Source of the DNA: Candidatus Omnitrophota bacterium | GTDB taxonomy: Bacteria; Omnitrophota; Gorgyraeia; Aquiviventales; Aquiviventaceae | NCBI GenBank assembly: GCA_016193175.1 | Contig: JACPSR010000052.1 | Coordinates: 11,226 to 75,225 of the forward strand | Direction of reading: 5' to 3' | Length of the DNA stretch: 64,000 nt | Part shown: piece by piece, positions 56,710-64,000 of the stretch | Layout of the letters: each line of letters opens with the position of its first letter | How positions within the stretch are numbered: the first letter of the stretch is position 1 | Notes under the pieces: model-generated | What the model saw: the letters and a program-made list of their open reading frames with translations, nothing else | Database searches by the model: none | Told to the model about the DNA's origin: nothing | Translations under genes and position numbers: made by a program

Positions 56710-59700
56710 GAGTTCTGTGGTCCTTTGTCCGCCAGCCCCACGTAGTGCACGGCGATGTTGCGCGCGCCCCCTTGGGTCAGGCGTTGCAAGGTCGGCAGGG
56801 TCGAGGGCTCGGATGGGTTGGACCACAACGTCTGCACCCGAGCAGCCGCAGGCACTCCAAGGCTCCAGATGTTCAGGAGTTTGGACGCCCTGTTCGCCTC
56901 CAAGGCGCGTTCGACCGCCGGCTGCTTCAACAACGCCTCAAAGGACATCGCAGGTGGCCGGTCAGCTTGAGCCTCCGGCTGCGGCAGCGGCAGGATCCCT
57001 TGACGAGGATTGACCGGCGCCCTTCCTCTTCTTCTTGTTCTTGAGCGGAACGACGACACCGAGAGCCCCACGAGCCCAGCCCCGTACTCGGGATGCGTCT
57101 TCACCCAGGCCCAGGCCGGCCAGTCGGCCATGAGCGAGTCCACAAAACCCGTCGGGATGAGCCAGGCCGCCGCCGCAATCCCGAGCGCGAGGCCAGCGTA
57201 GACGAGGATGCCGAGTTGCAAGAAGCGAGGGTTCCCTTTTAGGGTGTCGGTCGGTTTCTCAGGACGACGGGCACTGGCCTCGTCTTGGATCACTCGCCAA
57301 TCGGGCCGGGAAGCGGCGAAGAACCCATTGAGAAGGGAGGCGGGCCACAGGAGATCCGCGTGCTCGGGGAGCAAGAGCGCAAAGACGGCAGCGGCAAGGG
57401 CCAGTGAGAGGCTCGTGATGATCCCAGCCAGGGCGATGCGAGCGGCGGCACCTCTATCAGCCTGATGCCTCACGCCCAGGCCTGCGCTGAAGAGGCCTCC
57501 GCGGATGCGGCCAAATGTCGGAGCAGCCTTCAACCGCTTGGCAACGAACCCGTGAGCCGACTCGTGGATCAGGAACGAGAAGAGGTAGATCAGGCTCAGC
57601 GGCAACAACCGGACGAGGTTGACGCCCGGCTCAACCCCCAGAAGCGACGGCAGCATCCCTCCCAGCCCCACGACCAGCGCCGCCACCCCGAGGTTCACCC
57701 ACGGCAGGGCCGATGAGGATGAGGCTGATGGGGGCGTCGGTGCCGCCTCATCCACCCCCTCCCTCGCCACGCCGCTGGTGCCCGCTGATGGGCCGATCGA
57801 GCCTGTGGGCCCGCGAGGTGTTTGGGTGTAAGGAGCAATGAGGGACGGTTCTATGTTCCTGGCGAAGAACGGCGAAAAATCCTCGATGTTAGCCCACAGC
57901 CAGATCGCGCCGCGCCACGCCGCGAGACTCCCGACGAGGGCAAGCCCACCGAATGCCCATCCATAGGCGCCGGTGATCGCGAGCCACGCCAGCACCGGGC
58001 TGATGGAGAACCCGTACACGAGCCAGTGGATTGCTGCCTCGCGGCCGGTGCGGCGGCCCCGGCTCGCCCAGTGGATCGCCGCATGGCCAAGCTCATGGCC
58101 AAGGAGGAAGGCCTGCACGTAGGCGCGGTAGCGACGGAGTTGAGGATGCGCATGGATCGCGCGATCGTCGGGATTGTAGTGGAGGAGAGCCGGGATATTG
58201 CCTTCGCTCAAGCCAGGCAGCAGAGCCCCTCGGGTGGATCGGACAATCGAAAACCACAGGAGCCGCTTGAGCCAACCCTGAGGAACATCTCCCGGCCCTG
58301 CACGCTCGGGATGAATCGTGGCAATCATCTGCTGATCAACGACCATCCGGCTCCCGAGCACTGCGAGCCATGCGGAAATTAAGACGCCGAGCCACGAAAG
58401 GAGAAAGAGCCGCCCCGCGATCGCCGGATCGCCTCCTGTGAACCAACTGACCCCGCTGGCTGCCATGAGAAGCCAGAGCAGCCCGCTGATCACCCCCGCA
58501 CTCGCCAGCAGCCCCCCGCCCCGCACCGGCGCTGCCTTGCCTTTGGGTGTTGAGCTTGCCTCCGATGATGGCGGGGCTGTCCCTCCTGCGGCATGCCGCT
58601 TTTCGAGCAAGCGCACGAGCGCTTCGGCATGATCAGCGAGCGTCACGAGCGTTGCCACGTTGCGCTGCATTTCCGGAATGCGCGTGTGGAACGACCCAAG
58701 CTCAAGGCGGTAGTCATCGGCGGCCTGACGAAGGAGGTCCCCCGCCTTTTCGGCAATCTCTGGTAGCGGCCGGTGCTGAGCCAAGCCTGCCTGAATCATC
58801 TGCCCCACTTGCTGAACTCGACGTAACCCTGCCGCGGCAAACGCTCGATCCTCCTCGAGTTGGCGAACTTGCGCTTCAAACCGGGAAGGCTCAGCGGTCT
58901 CCGTGACCGCCCACACGCCCCGGCCGGACCAAAGCTTGAAGGCGCGCAGGAACCGCGCCCGGGCATCCGAAGGCAGCCCGGCCAGCGCCTCTTGGGTGAC
59001 CAGACGTTTCCTCGGCACGACAGGGACCGGAAACATCCGTTGGAGCTCGGCGTCGCGGAGGCCGCCGGGTCCTGACACGCCCAGCTCGAACACGGGCCGG
59101 CCTACGTCGTCCAGCCCAATGCTGATCGCCTTGCCCGCGCTTTTGCCCATTATCCGTTTCCATATGGTCGGCTCGAATCGCCGCAAGACCAACCGCAGCG
59201 GCTTGTCCGGAGCATTCAGATACACCTTGTCGGCTGATGCAGGATTGAGCGGATCCGTCGGCACAAACGTCACCAGCAGCGCCTGCCCATTCGCGTGATT
59301 GATGAGGTACAGCACCCGGCCCTGCTCGGAGACGGCGTAGCTGATCATTGGGGCTGGCGCTCGTTGCGCGAGGCGCACGACGATCTGGCTGGAGGGACCC
59401 TGGCCTTCCGCGGCCAGCGCGCCGAGCACGACGCTCGTGTGGGGCGTCATGAGCATAAGCCGCTCCGGCAGATGCTGCATCAAGCGCCGCGCTTCTTCTT
59501 GCAAGGCGATCCTGGAGGCAACGTCTAATTCATCGGAAGGACGACGGGCACGGGCGTCTGACCCAACCCAGACTTTGAGATACCTCTGAAGCTCAGGCGA
59601 TACCCCGGACGCAGCGTCCTCGATCCATTCCATGAGCCGGAATCTCATATAGAAGGGGCGCGGCTGAGACCGACCCATCGCCCGCGCTTGATCCCCCGGC

Positions 59701-62700
59701 GTGGCGCCTTCGAGCGCCAAGGCCAACAGTTCGAGTTCCCCGAGCGCATCGTCATAGGTCAGCGTGTCGCTGCGACCTTCAACCCATTGCGTGAAGCCCT
59801 GAACCTCATGCCGCTGATCGATCCATCGCATCAACTCGCCGGCGAGCGCCTCGACCCGCGCCAGCTCAGCACCGCTCAGCACCAAGCCGTGCTGCGCCGC
59901 GGCCTGGATGCGCTGGCGGATCTCCACAAGGCGGGCTCGCCAGACCTGCTGCAACTGGCGATAGAGGTCCGCATCCTGAAAGAGTCGGGTGAGCACAGAA
60001 TCGCCTCGTTTGAGACGGAGGGCGTGAGCCATGGCATAGAGATTTCCGTCGCTGCGTTCCAAGAGTTCGGCAAGGCGTGCCTTTTCTCCGGGATCCATTG
60101 CTGGCGGCGCTTCGGCAGCCTTCGGTGGCCGTGTCTCCAGCACAAGCTGTCCCCGCGCGAACTCATCCAGCGCCCGGTCGAGCGCGCCTCCGGATCCCAG
60201 CGTGTCGAGATCAAACCACCTCGGCCGCGCTCCGGGGCGAGCCAGACAGAATCGATCGGATGTCTCTGCACGCTTGGGGTCGGCGGGGAGGAAGGTGATC
60301 AGCAACTGCTCCCCGGTCCAGTCGTTGACGAGGAGGGCGAGGCGGCCTTGGCCCGAAACGGCGTAGCGGATCTCGGCGCCGCGCGCGGGATCTGATCTCA
60401 AGCGAAAGACCAGTTGGATCGCTGGCGCGCCAAGCACCACATCGCTCTCTGGAGTGAGAGGTTGAAGTGGCTCCGAAGCGCGCGCTCGGACGAGCGTAGA
60501 CGCCTCTTCTTGCAGGGCGATCCGGCTGGCCATGTCCAACTGATCATCGGACCGACGTCTAACTGTCAACCACTCCCTCAAGTAGTCCGTGAGCGGCCGG
60601 GATAACTCGGAGCCGCGGACGCTGACCGTAGCCTGTAAATCAGAGAGTAGCCCGGCCGCAGAAGCCGCAGGTCGACCCATGGTCCTGGCCTGGGCTGACA
60701 GGCTGGCTCCTTCGAGCGCCAGGGCAAGGAGCTCGAGCTGCGCCAGCGTCCGAGGCGAGGGAAGCCGACCGGCGCCTCCCTCGAGCCACTGCCGGAGCTC
60801 CTCCACGTCAGGAAGCCCCTTGAGCCATTGCATGAGTTCTTCGACGAGCGATTCCGTCAGGTAGCCGCCGTGGCGGAGGAAAAGACTGCGTTCCGCCGCG
60901 CGCCGGATTCGCTGCTCGACTGCATTCAGTCTCCTGCGCCAGACGCTGCGCAACTGCCGCCGAAGCCTGACGTCCCCTAAGAGCCGCTTGAGGAGCCGCC
61001 GGGAGTTCATGCGCCGTTCTTCGGCCATCTGGTAGAGATCGCCATCGGTCTGCTTCATGAGTTCCTTCAGACGGGCTCGTTCGGCTGGGTGCATGGCTCG
61101 GACGGCCTTTTGGGGTCGAGCGGGACGAGGACGTCGAGCCTGAGGTTCGCGAAGACTCGGTGGTGGGGCAGGCCGCTCAGAGGCCGGCCTCGCCTGCGCC
61201 GGCTGCTCTTCAGGACCACGCACGGCTGGTTGAGGTTTCCGCCACCACCATTGAGCTCTGGATGGCTGACGCAAGCGCCCTAATGCCCTCTGTGCAATTG
61301 CCCCCACGTCTTGCCTGGAAACCCCCCAGGCGGCGCCGATGGCTTCAAAGCTCCTCTCGTCCTGGCTGTATCGAGCTCGGATAACCCGCTCCTCCCTTGT
61401 AGACAGCGTTGCAAGCACGCGATCTTTTATGGACCTGAGGAGCCCCTGCTCGGCTCGTCGCTCTCCTAACGCTTCCTCGGGATCAGCGACCTTCGCTTCG
61501 ATGCGCGCGGTGGCTGGGACGGCTGACATGATCCTGAGAGCCTGCTCAAACCGTTCGCTGAGCGAGGGGTCCTTCCATCTCATCCACTCGCGCAACCCGG
61601 CGCGGTCCGTGGGGCTCAAAGCCTTGAGGCCAGGATCCCCGTAGGACGGCCATTGGCGCAGCAGCTCCAACGCCAAGCTCAGATTTGTTGGAGCCTCCAG
61701 CCCAAGTGCCTCGGCTATGTGGAAAACGAGGTCCCATTCAATTCGGTTCCACATCGTACCTAACGGTACCCTGATCCCTGGCCGCCCCTGTAGCCAGCTC
61801 ACCACAGCAACATGCATCTCAGCCCAGAACTCCTCCTCATCGATGGCTGACGCGGGCCCGCCAAACAATTCGATTAGGAAGCTCAGGTCATCAAACAGCC
61901 GCTGGGCAGAGCGATGCACGTCCTCAGGACGTAGCGCAATGCCATAAGTCCTGGGCCGCCTGTTCGTCAACGCCAGGTAGACCTTCAGCCACTGGCCGAA
62001 CCCGCCTGGGAGGCGGGCCATCGCGTCGAGGAGCGCTTCGCGCATCCACTTGGCGTGCGGCCTGCGCTGGCTCATCGCCTCCTCCAAGGCCGGTCCTTCC
62101 CGCGTGGCAAGATTGCTGATCTCTTCGCCGAGGCGGCGCAGGCGCTTGGCGGCGCCTGGGCTCTCTCGATAGACCACCTGCGCCAGCGCGGTCACTAGTA
62201 CCTGTAAGTCGCGGAGTCGTCTAACGTAGTGGTCGCTGCGCGTCGTCGCCTGCAATGACGCGATGTGGCGCTGCATCTCAGATACCAACCAGGGGACGCG
62301 CGCGCGCGGAAGGCGTTGACCGCTCACCATCCATACCGAGACGCCCGCCGCCAGCAAGAGGAGGCCGCCGACCGTCACCCAGGCTGGGATTCCCGCAGTC
62401 CCGCCGGGGAGCGGCGCCATCGCGAGCGAGCCCAAGCCGAAGACAACGATGCTGAGGTGCATCAGCCGTTGACTTATGCTTGGGGTCAGACCCCAAGCAC
62501 GAAGTTCCCCGATTGGGGTCTGACCCCTACGCAGACGCCAGGCTATCCCCACCACCACCCCGGCCAGACCGAGGAGGCCGCCGCCGAGGAGCCAGGCCGC
62601 CAAGCCGCCGTGCGTCCCGAGCCAGGAGCCGAGCCCGCCCCACGAGGGCCCGTGCGCCGCGGCCCAGGTGGCGAGGGCCGCCAGTCCTGCGCTCGCGCCG

Positions 62701-63998
62701 ACCGTCTCCAGGGCGAGGAACCCGCGCGGGCCGGTTGGCTTGACACGTCCGTCGACGGGTGCTACACTTGCGGCAGTGGAGGCACGTAATGGGAAAAGTC
62801 TATCCAACGTTGCTACGGTGCTATGCGCGTCCTGAAGGCGATCATTACCTCGCCTTCTGCCTCGAGGTAGGCCTGTGCGATCGGGGCGAGACGCTGGACG
62901 CTGCGAAGGCGTCGCTTGAGGAAGATCTCGTCGGGTATTTAGAATCCTTAACCCCTGAGAATCTCGCCGACCTGTTCCCCCGCCCTGCTTCGTGGGAGGT
63001 GTATCTGGACTACTACCGGGTGTGGTGCCTGGTAGCCCTCGCGCGACGTTTCCGTCAGCTCGCCCACCACTGGCTTGTCTTCGTCGAGCCCCTCGTGCTA
63101 ACGCCTCGTCTGGCGCATGGGGCGTTTCGTCCTTAGCCAGCGGGACCTTGTCCGCGTCCTGCACTCCCACGGCTTCAGGCAGATCTCCCAACGCGGCTCC
63201 CACCAATACTGGGAGCGGCCTGGCTACAAAGTGACGGTTGACGTCAAGTATCCGGAGTACAGCGGGTGGTTGCTCCGCATGATGATTGAGCAATCCGGTC
63301 TGCCGAAGTCCGTGTTTCGTCCCACCAGCCACTAAGAGCGCCACCGTCACCGCACCGATCCCGCCCCACCGTCGCACGAAGGTCACCCCCACCCAGACCG
63401 CTAGCCCTAGCAGAAGGCCGCCGAACGTCACCCACGAGGAGATGCCGAAGGTTGTGAGCCATGCCGCGAGCGCGGAAATCCCGATCCCGACGCCCGCCGC
63501 GAACGGGACAACAGTGAGGGGCGTGTTGGGGCTCGGGCCGCTGGACGAACCAACTGAGCCATTCGATTCCGCTGGTTCTGGGAAGAAGGTGCGGACTTCA
63601 GATTCGTAGTAGTCCTGCAAACGCCGGAAGAGCGCGCGGGCAGTGCGATCTTCAGGGGAGTCCGTAGGAGTTGGCTCACCGGTAAAGGTGCGCGAATCCC
63701 AGATGATACTAAGGTTTTCTTGTGCGCGAGAGAGGCCCACGTTGAGGCGACGCAAATCCTTCACAAAGCCGATTCGCCGATCCGCGTTACTGCGCACGAA
63801 GTCAAAGATGATCGCCCGGTTCTCCCCACCCTGGTAGCTATCGATTGTGGTCACGAATGGCCAGCGAGTGGCCTGTGGGTAGGCTTCCTGGAGCAGCTGG
63901 CGAATGAGCTCGACTTGGTCGTTGTATGGCGTGATGACGGTAATCTGGTCTAACGGAATGCTCCGAGCCTCATAGAGCCTGATGAGTTGTAGAACTTG
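56706..63998 (-). CDS. Giant protein, 5'-truncated (N-terminus lies beyond the window end; at least 2430 codons in window). It has an SF1 Upf1/AAA_12-like helicase domain at the N-terminal side, then multi-pass TM segments, a sigma70-r4-like HTH, two tandem ~330-aa repeats and two HExxH M50/site-2-protease-like motifs.
   Basis: Track ORF 56706..63854 begins at a GTG within helicase motif V. Manual translation of 63855..63998 in the same frame is stop-free (...SMRLGIPLDQITVITPYNDQVELIRQLLQEAYPQATRWPFVTTIDSYQGGENRAIIFDFVRSNADRRIGFVKDLRRLNVGLSRAQENLSII), so the gene continues off the window. TGA stop at 56706-56708. Confidence 0.85.
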   Translation of the reverse strand, partial: QVLQLIRLYEARSIPLDQITVITPYNDQVELIRQLLQEAYPQATRWPFVTTIDSYQGGENRAIIFDFVRSNADRRIGFVKDLRRLNVGLSRAQENLSIIWDSRTFTGEPTPTDSPEDRTARALFRRLQDYYESEVRTFFPEPAESNGSVGSSSGPSPNTPLTVVPFAAGVGIGISALAAWLTTFGISSWVTFGGLLLGLAVWVGVTFVRRWGGIGAVTVALLVAGGTKHGLRQTGLLNHHAEQPPAVLRILDVNRHFVARPLPVLVGAALGDLPEAVGVQDADKVPLAKDETPHAPDEALARGARRRQASGGRADGNVARGLPGTTPGSSPDTPPTKQGGGTGRRDSQGLRILNTRRDLPQATPSQRPASRPDRTGLPRGRRRGNDRLQDAHSTVATLDRLFPLRASTAASVAPVDGRVKPTGPRGFLALETVGASAGLAALATWAAAHGPSWGGLGSWLGTHGGLAAWLLGGGLLGLAGVVVGIAWRLRRGQTPIGELRAWGLTPSISQRLMHLSIVVFGLGSLAMAPLPGGTAGIPAWVTVGGLLLLAAGVSVWMVSGQRLPRARVPWLVSEMQRHIASLQATTRSDHYVRRLRDLQVLVTALAQVVYRESPGAAKRLRRLGEEISNLATREGPALEEAMSQRRPHAKWMREALLDAMARLPGGFGQWLKVYLALTNRRPRTYGIALRPEDVHRSAQRLFDDLSFLIELFGGPASAIDEEEFWAEMHVAVVSWLQGRPGIRVPLGTMWNRIEWDLVFHIAEALGLEAPTNLSLALELLRQWPSYGDPGLKALSPTDRAGLREWMRWKDPSLSERFEQALRIMSAVPATARIEAKVADPEEALGERRAEQGLLRSIKDRVLATLSTREERVIRARYSQDERSFEAIGAAWGVSRQDVGAIAQRALGRLRQPSRAQWWWRKPQPAVRGPEEQPAQARPASERPAPPPSLREPQARRPRPARPQKAVRAMHPAERARLKELMKQTDGDLYQMAEERRMNSRRLLKRLLGDVRLRRQLRSVWRRRLNAVEQRIRRAAERSLFLRHGGYLTESLVEELMQWLKGLPDVEELRQWLEGGAGRLPSPRTLAQLELLALALEGASLSAQARTMGRPAASAAGLLSDLQATVSVRGSELSRPLTDYLREWLTVRRRSDDQLDMASRIALQEEASTLVRARASEPLQPLTPESDVVLGAPAIQLVFRLRSDPARGAEIRYAVSGQGRLALLVNDWTGEQLLITFLPADPKRAETSDRFCLARPGARPRWFDLDTLGSGGALDRALDEFARGQLVLETRPPKAAEAPPAMDPGEKARLAELLERSDGNLYAMAHALRLKRGDSVLTRLFQDADLYRQLQQVWRARLVEIRQRIQAAAQHGLVLSGAELARVEALAGELMRWIDQRHEVQGFTQWVEGRSDTLTYDDALGELELLALALEGATPGDQARAMGRSQPRPFYMRFRLMEWIEDAASGVSPELQRYLKVWVGSDARARRPSDELDVASRIALQEEARRLMQHLPERLMLMTPHTSVVLGALAAEGQGPSSQIVVRLAQRAPAPMISYAVSEQGRVLYLINHANGQALLVTFVPTDPLNPASADKVYLNAPDKPLRLVLRRFEPTIWKRIMGKSAGKAISIGLDDVGRPVFELGVSGPGGLRDAELQRMFPVPVVPRKRLVTQEALAGLPSDARARFLRAFKLWSGRGVWAVTETAEPSRFEAQVRQLEEDRAFAAAGLRRVQQVGQMIQAGLAQHRPLPEIAEKAGDLLRQAADDYRLELGSFHTRIPEMQRNVATLVTLADHAEALVRLLEKRHAAGGTAPPSSEASSTPKGKAAPVRGGGLLASAGVISGLLWLLMAASGVSWFTGGDPAIAGRLFLLSWLGVLISAWLAVLGSRMVVDQQMIATIHPERAGPGDVPQGWLKRLLWFSIVRSTRGALLPGLSEGNIPALLHYNPDDRAIHAHPQLRRYRAYVQAFLLGHELGHAAIHWASRGRRTGREAAIHWLVYGFSISPVLAWLAITGAYGWAFGGLALVGSLAAWRGAIWLWANIEDFSPFFARNIEPSLIAPYTQTPRGPTGSIGPSAGTSGVAREGVDEAAPTPPSASSSSALPWVNLGVAALVVGLGGMLPSLLGVEPGVNLVRLLPLSLIYLFSFLIHESAHGFVAKRLKAAPTFGRIRGGLFSAGLGVRHQADRGAAARIALAGIITSLSLALAAAVFALLLPEHADLLWPASLLNGFFAASRPDWRVIQDEASARRPEKPTDTLKGNPRFLQLGILVYAGLALGIAAAAWLIPTGFVDSLMADWPAWAWVKTHPEYGAGLVGLSVSSFRSRTRRRGRAPVNPRQGILPLPQPEAQADRPPAMSFEALLKQPAVERALEANRASKLLNIWSLGVPAAARVQTLWSNPSEPSTLPTLQRLTQGGARNIAVHYVGLADKGPQNS
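57400..58400 (-). other. Polytopic membrane region with two HExxH motifs resembling the M50 (site-2 protease/RseP/SpoIVFB) intramembrane metalloprotease core.
   Basis: QAFLLGHELGHAAIHWASRGRR (verified 58061-58110) and LFSFLIHESAHGFVAKRLKAAP (verified 57541-57590). Both sit inside predicted TM helices, as in M50 (LHELGHAL.A). Confidence 0.5.
59100..61100 (-). repeat. Two tandem, diverged ~330-aa (~990-nt) protein repeats.
   Basis: Unit A starts MHPAERARLKELMKQTDGDLYQMAEERR (~61095). Unit B starts MDPGEKARLAELLERSDGNLYAMAHALR (~60105, verified). They share ...ELELLALALEGA..GDQARAMGR..., ...ELDVASRIALQEEA..L..., ...IRYAVSGQGRLALLVN.../...ISYAVSEQGRVLYLIN.... Confidence 0.75.
61290..61420 (-). 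other. Sigma-70 region 4-like HTH in the helicase-linked giant protein.
   Basis: Verified at 61330-61440: LATLSTREERVIRARYSQDERSFEAIGAAWGVSRQDVGAIAQRALGRLRQ. Confidence 0.55.
62300..63560 (-). other. TM helix clusters following the helicase domain.
   Basis: LTVVPFAAGVGIGISALAAWLTTFGISSWVTFGGLLLGLAVWVGVTFV...GIGAVTVALLVAGG (~63300-63520) and LAALATWAAAHGPSWGGLGSWLGTHGGLAAWLLGGGLLGLAGVVVGIAW...IVVFGLGSLAMAPL...VTVGGLLLLAAGVSVWMV (~62300-62750). Confidence 0.65.
63690..63998 (-). other. SF1 helicase C-terminal RecA-like domain (Upf1/DNA2/AAA_12 type), motifs IV-VI. The domain continues beyond the window end.
   Basis: ITVITPYNDQVELIRQLL (motif IV-like), VTTIDSYQGGENRAIIFDFVRSN (motif V; compare TVDSFQGREKDVIIFSCVRSN), IGFVKDLRRLNVGLSRAQENLSIIWD (motif VI; compare IGFL.D.RRLNVALTRAK..L.IVG). 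Confidence 0.8.
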
Positions 63999-64000
63999 TT

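Noticed and set aside
56710-56826. N-terminal 39 codons of the 5440-aa track ORF (MVQPIRALDPADLATPDPRGRAQHRRALRGAGGQRTTEL).
   Set aside because: This stretch overlaps the 3' end of the upstream gene in a different frame. An ATG overlapping the upstream TGA (ATGA) at 56709 gives the more plausible start.
1-63998. Searched for tRNA/rRNA genes, CRISPR arrays, integrase/transposase motifs and rho-independent terminators.
   Set aside because: No cloverleaf-like or rRNA-like conserved stretches were found, and no short direct repeats with unique spacers. The only tandem repeat is the 8-mer x2 at 40487-40502. No GC-rich hairpin followed by a T-run was seen. The window is essentially all coding.

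Overview
The window is GC-rich (about 63% by eye) and bacterial-like (overlapping start/stop codons, no introns). It appears to be occupied almost entirely by four co-directional minus-strand genes with no internal intergenic space except one ~100-bp AT-rich island. The sequence as printed ends at base 63998, not 64000.

Reading 3'->5' on the + strand:
(A) 56706..>63998 is a 5'-truncated giant gene of at least 2430 codons. The window edge cuts through an SF1 (Upf1/AAA_12-type) helicase domain. Downstream of it are many TM helices, a sigma70-region-4-like HTH, two tandem ~330-aa repeats and two HExxH intramembrane (M50/site-2-protease-like) motifs.
(B) 40504..56709 is a ~5401-aa gene whose ATG overlaps the stop of gene A (ATGA). 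It encodes N-terminal TM helices, a sigma70-region-4 HTH, a class-I MTase-like segment, a nucleotidyltransferase-fold core, a long TPR array and a PEP-synthase/rifampin-phosphotransferase-like ATP-grasp plus phosphohistidine module.
(C) 38803..40395 is a ~530-aa secreted hypothetical protein, preceded by a near-consensus TTGACA-N17-TATTAT promoter.
(D) <1..38798 is a single stop-free minus-strand frame of more than 12,900 codons that runs off the window start. Its N-terminus carries a signal/TM segment and a bona fide J-domain (HPD motif). Further along, separated by TM clusters and HEAT/TPR-like scaffolding, I recognise these enzyme-like domains:
- phosphoglycerate kinase (strong);
- a cupin of archaeal glucose-6-phosphate-isomerase type;
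- a divergent class-II aldolase-like domain;
- a triosephosphate-isomerase-like domain (apparently duplicated);
- GAPDH (strong), followed by a second partial GAPDH-like N-domain;
- a Glu/Leu/Phe/Val-dehydrogenase (GDH-family) domain (strong);
- phosphoglucomutase/phosphomannomutase (strong);
- a HAD-type phosphatase;
- HEAT repeats.

The first 7 kb also contains near-identical internal DNA repeats (about 92-96% identical) spaced ~3.1-4 kb apart. No rRNA, tRNA, CRISPR or obvious mobile element was seen.

The ORF track does not list gene D because it has no in-window stop. The fifteen long + strand ORFs sharing its codon register are antisense shadows of it.

The striking feature is the chain of largely intact central-carbon-metabolism enzyme folds inside one J-domain-bearing, multi-pass membrane megaprotein, co-operonic with helicase-, NTase-, M50- and PEP-synthase-like giant proteins. 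All domain calls come from manual translation and motif recognition, with no database search. Coordinates of domain boundaries are approximate (+/-100 nt).
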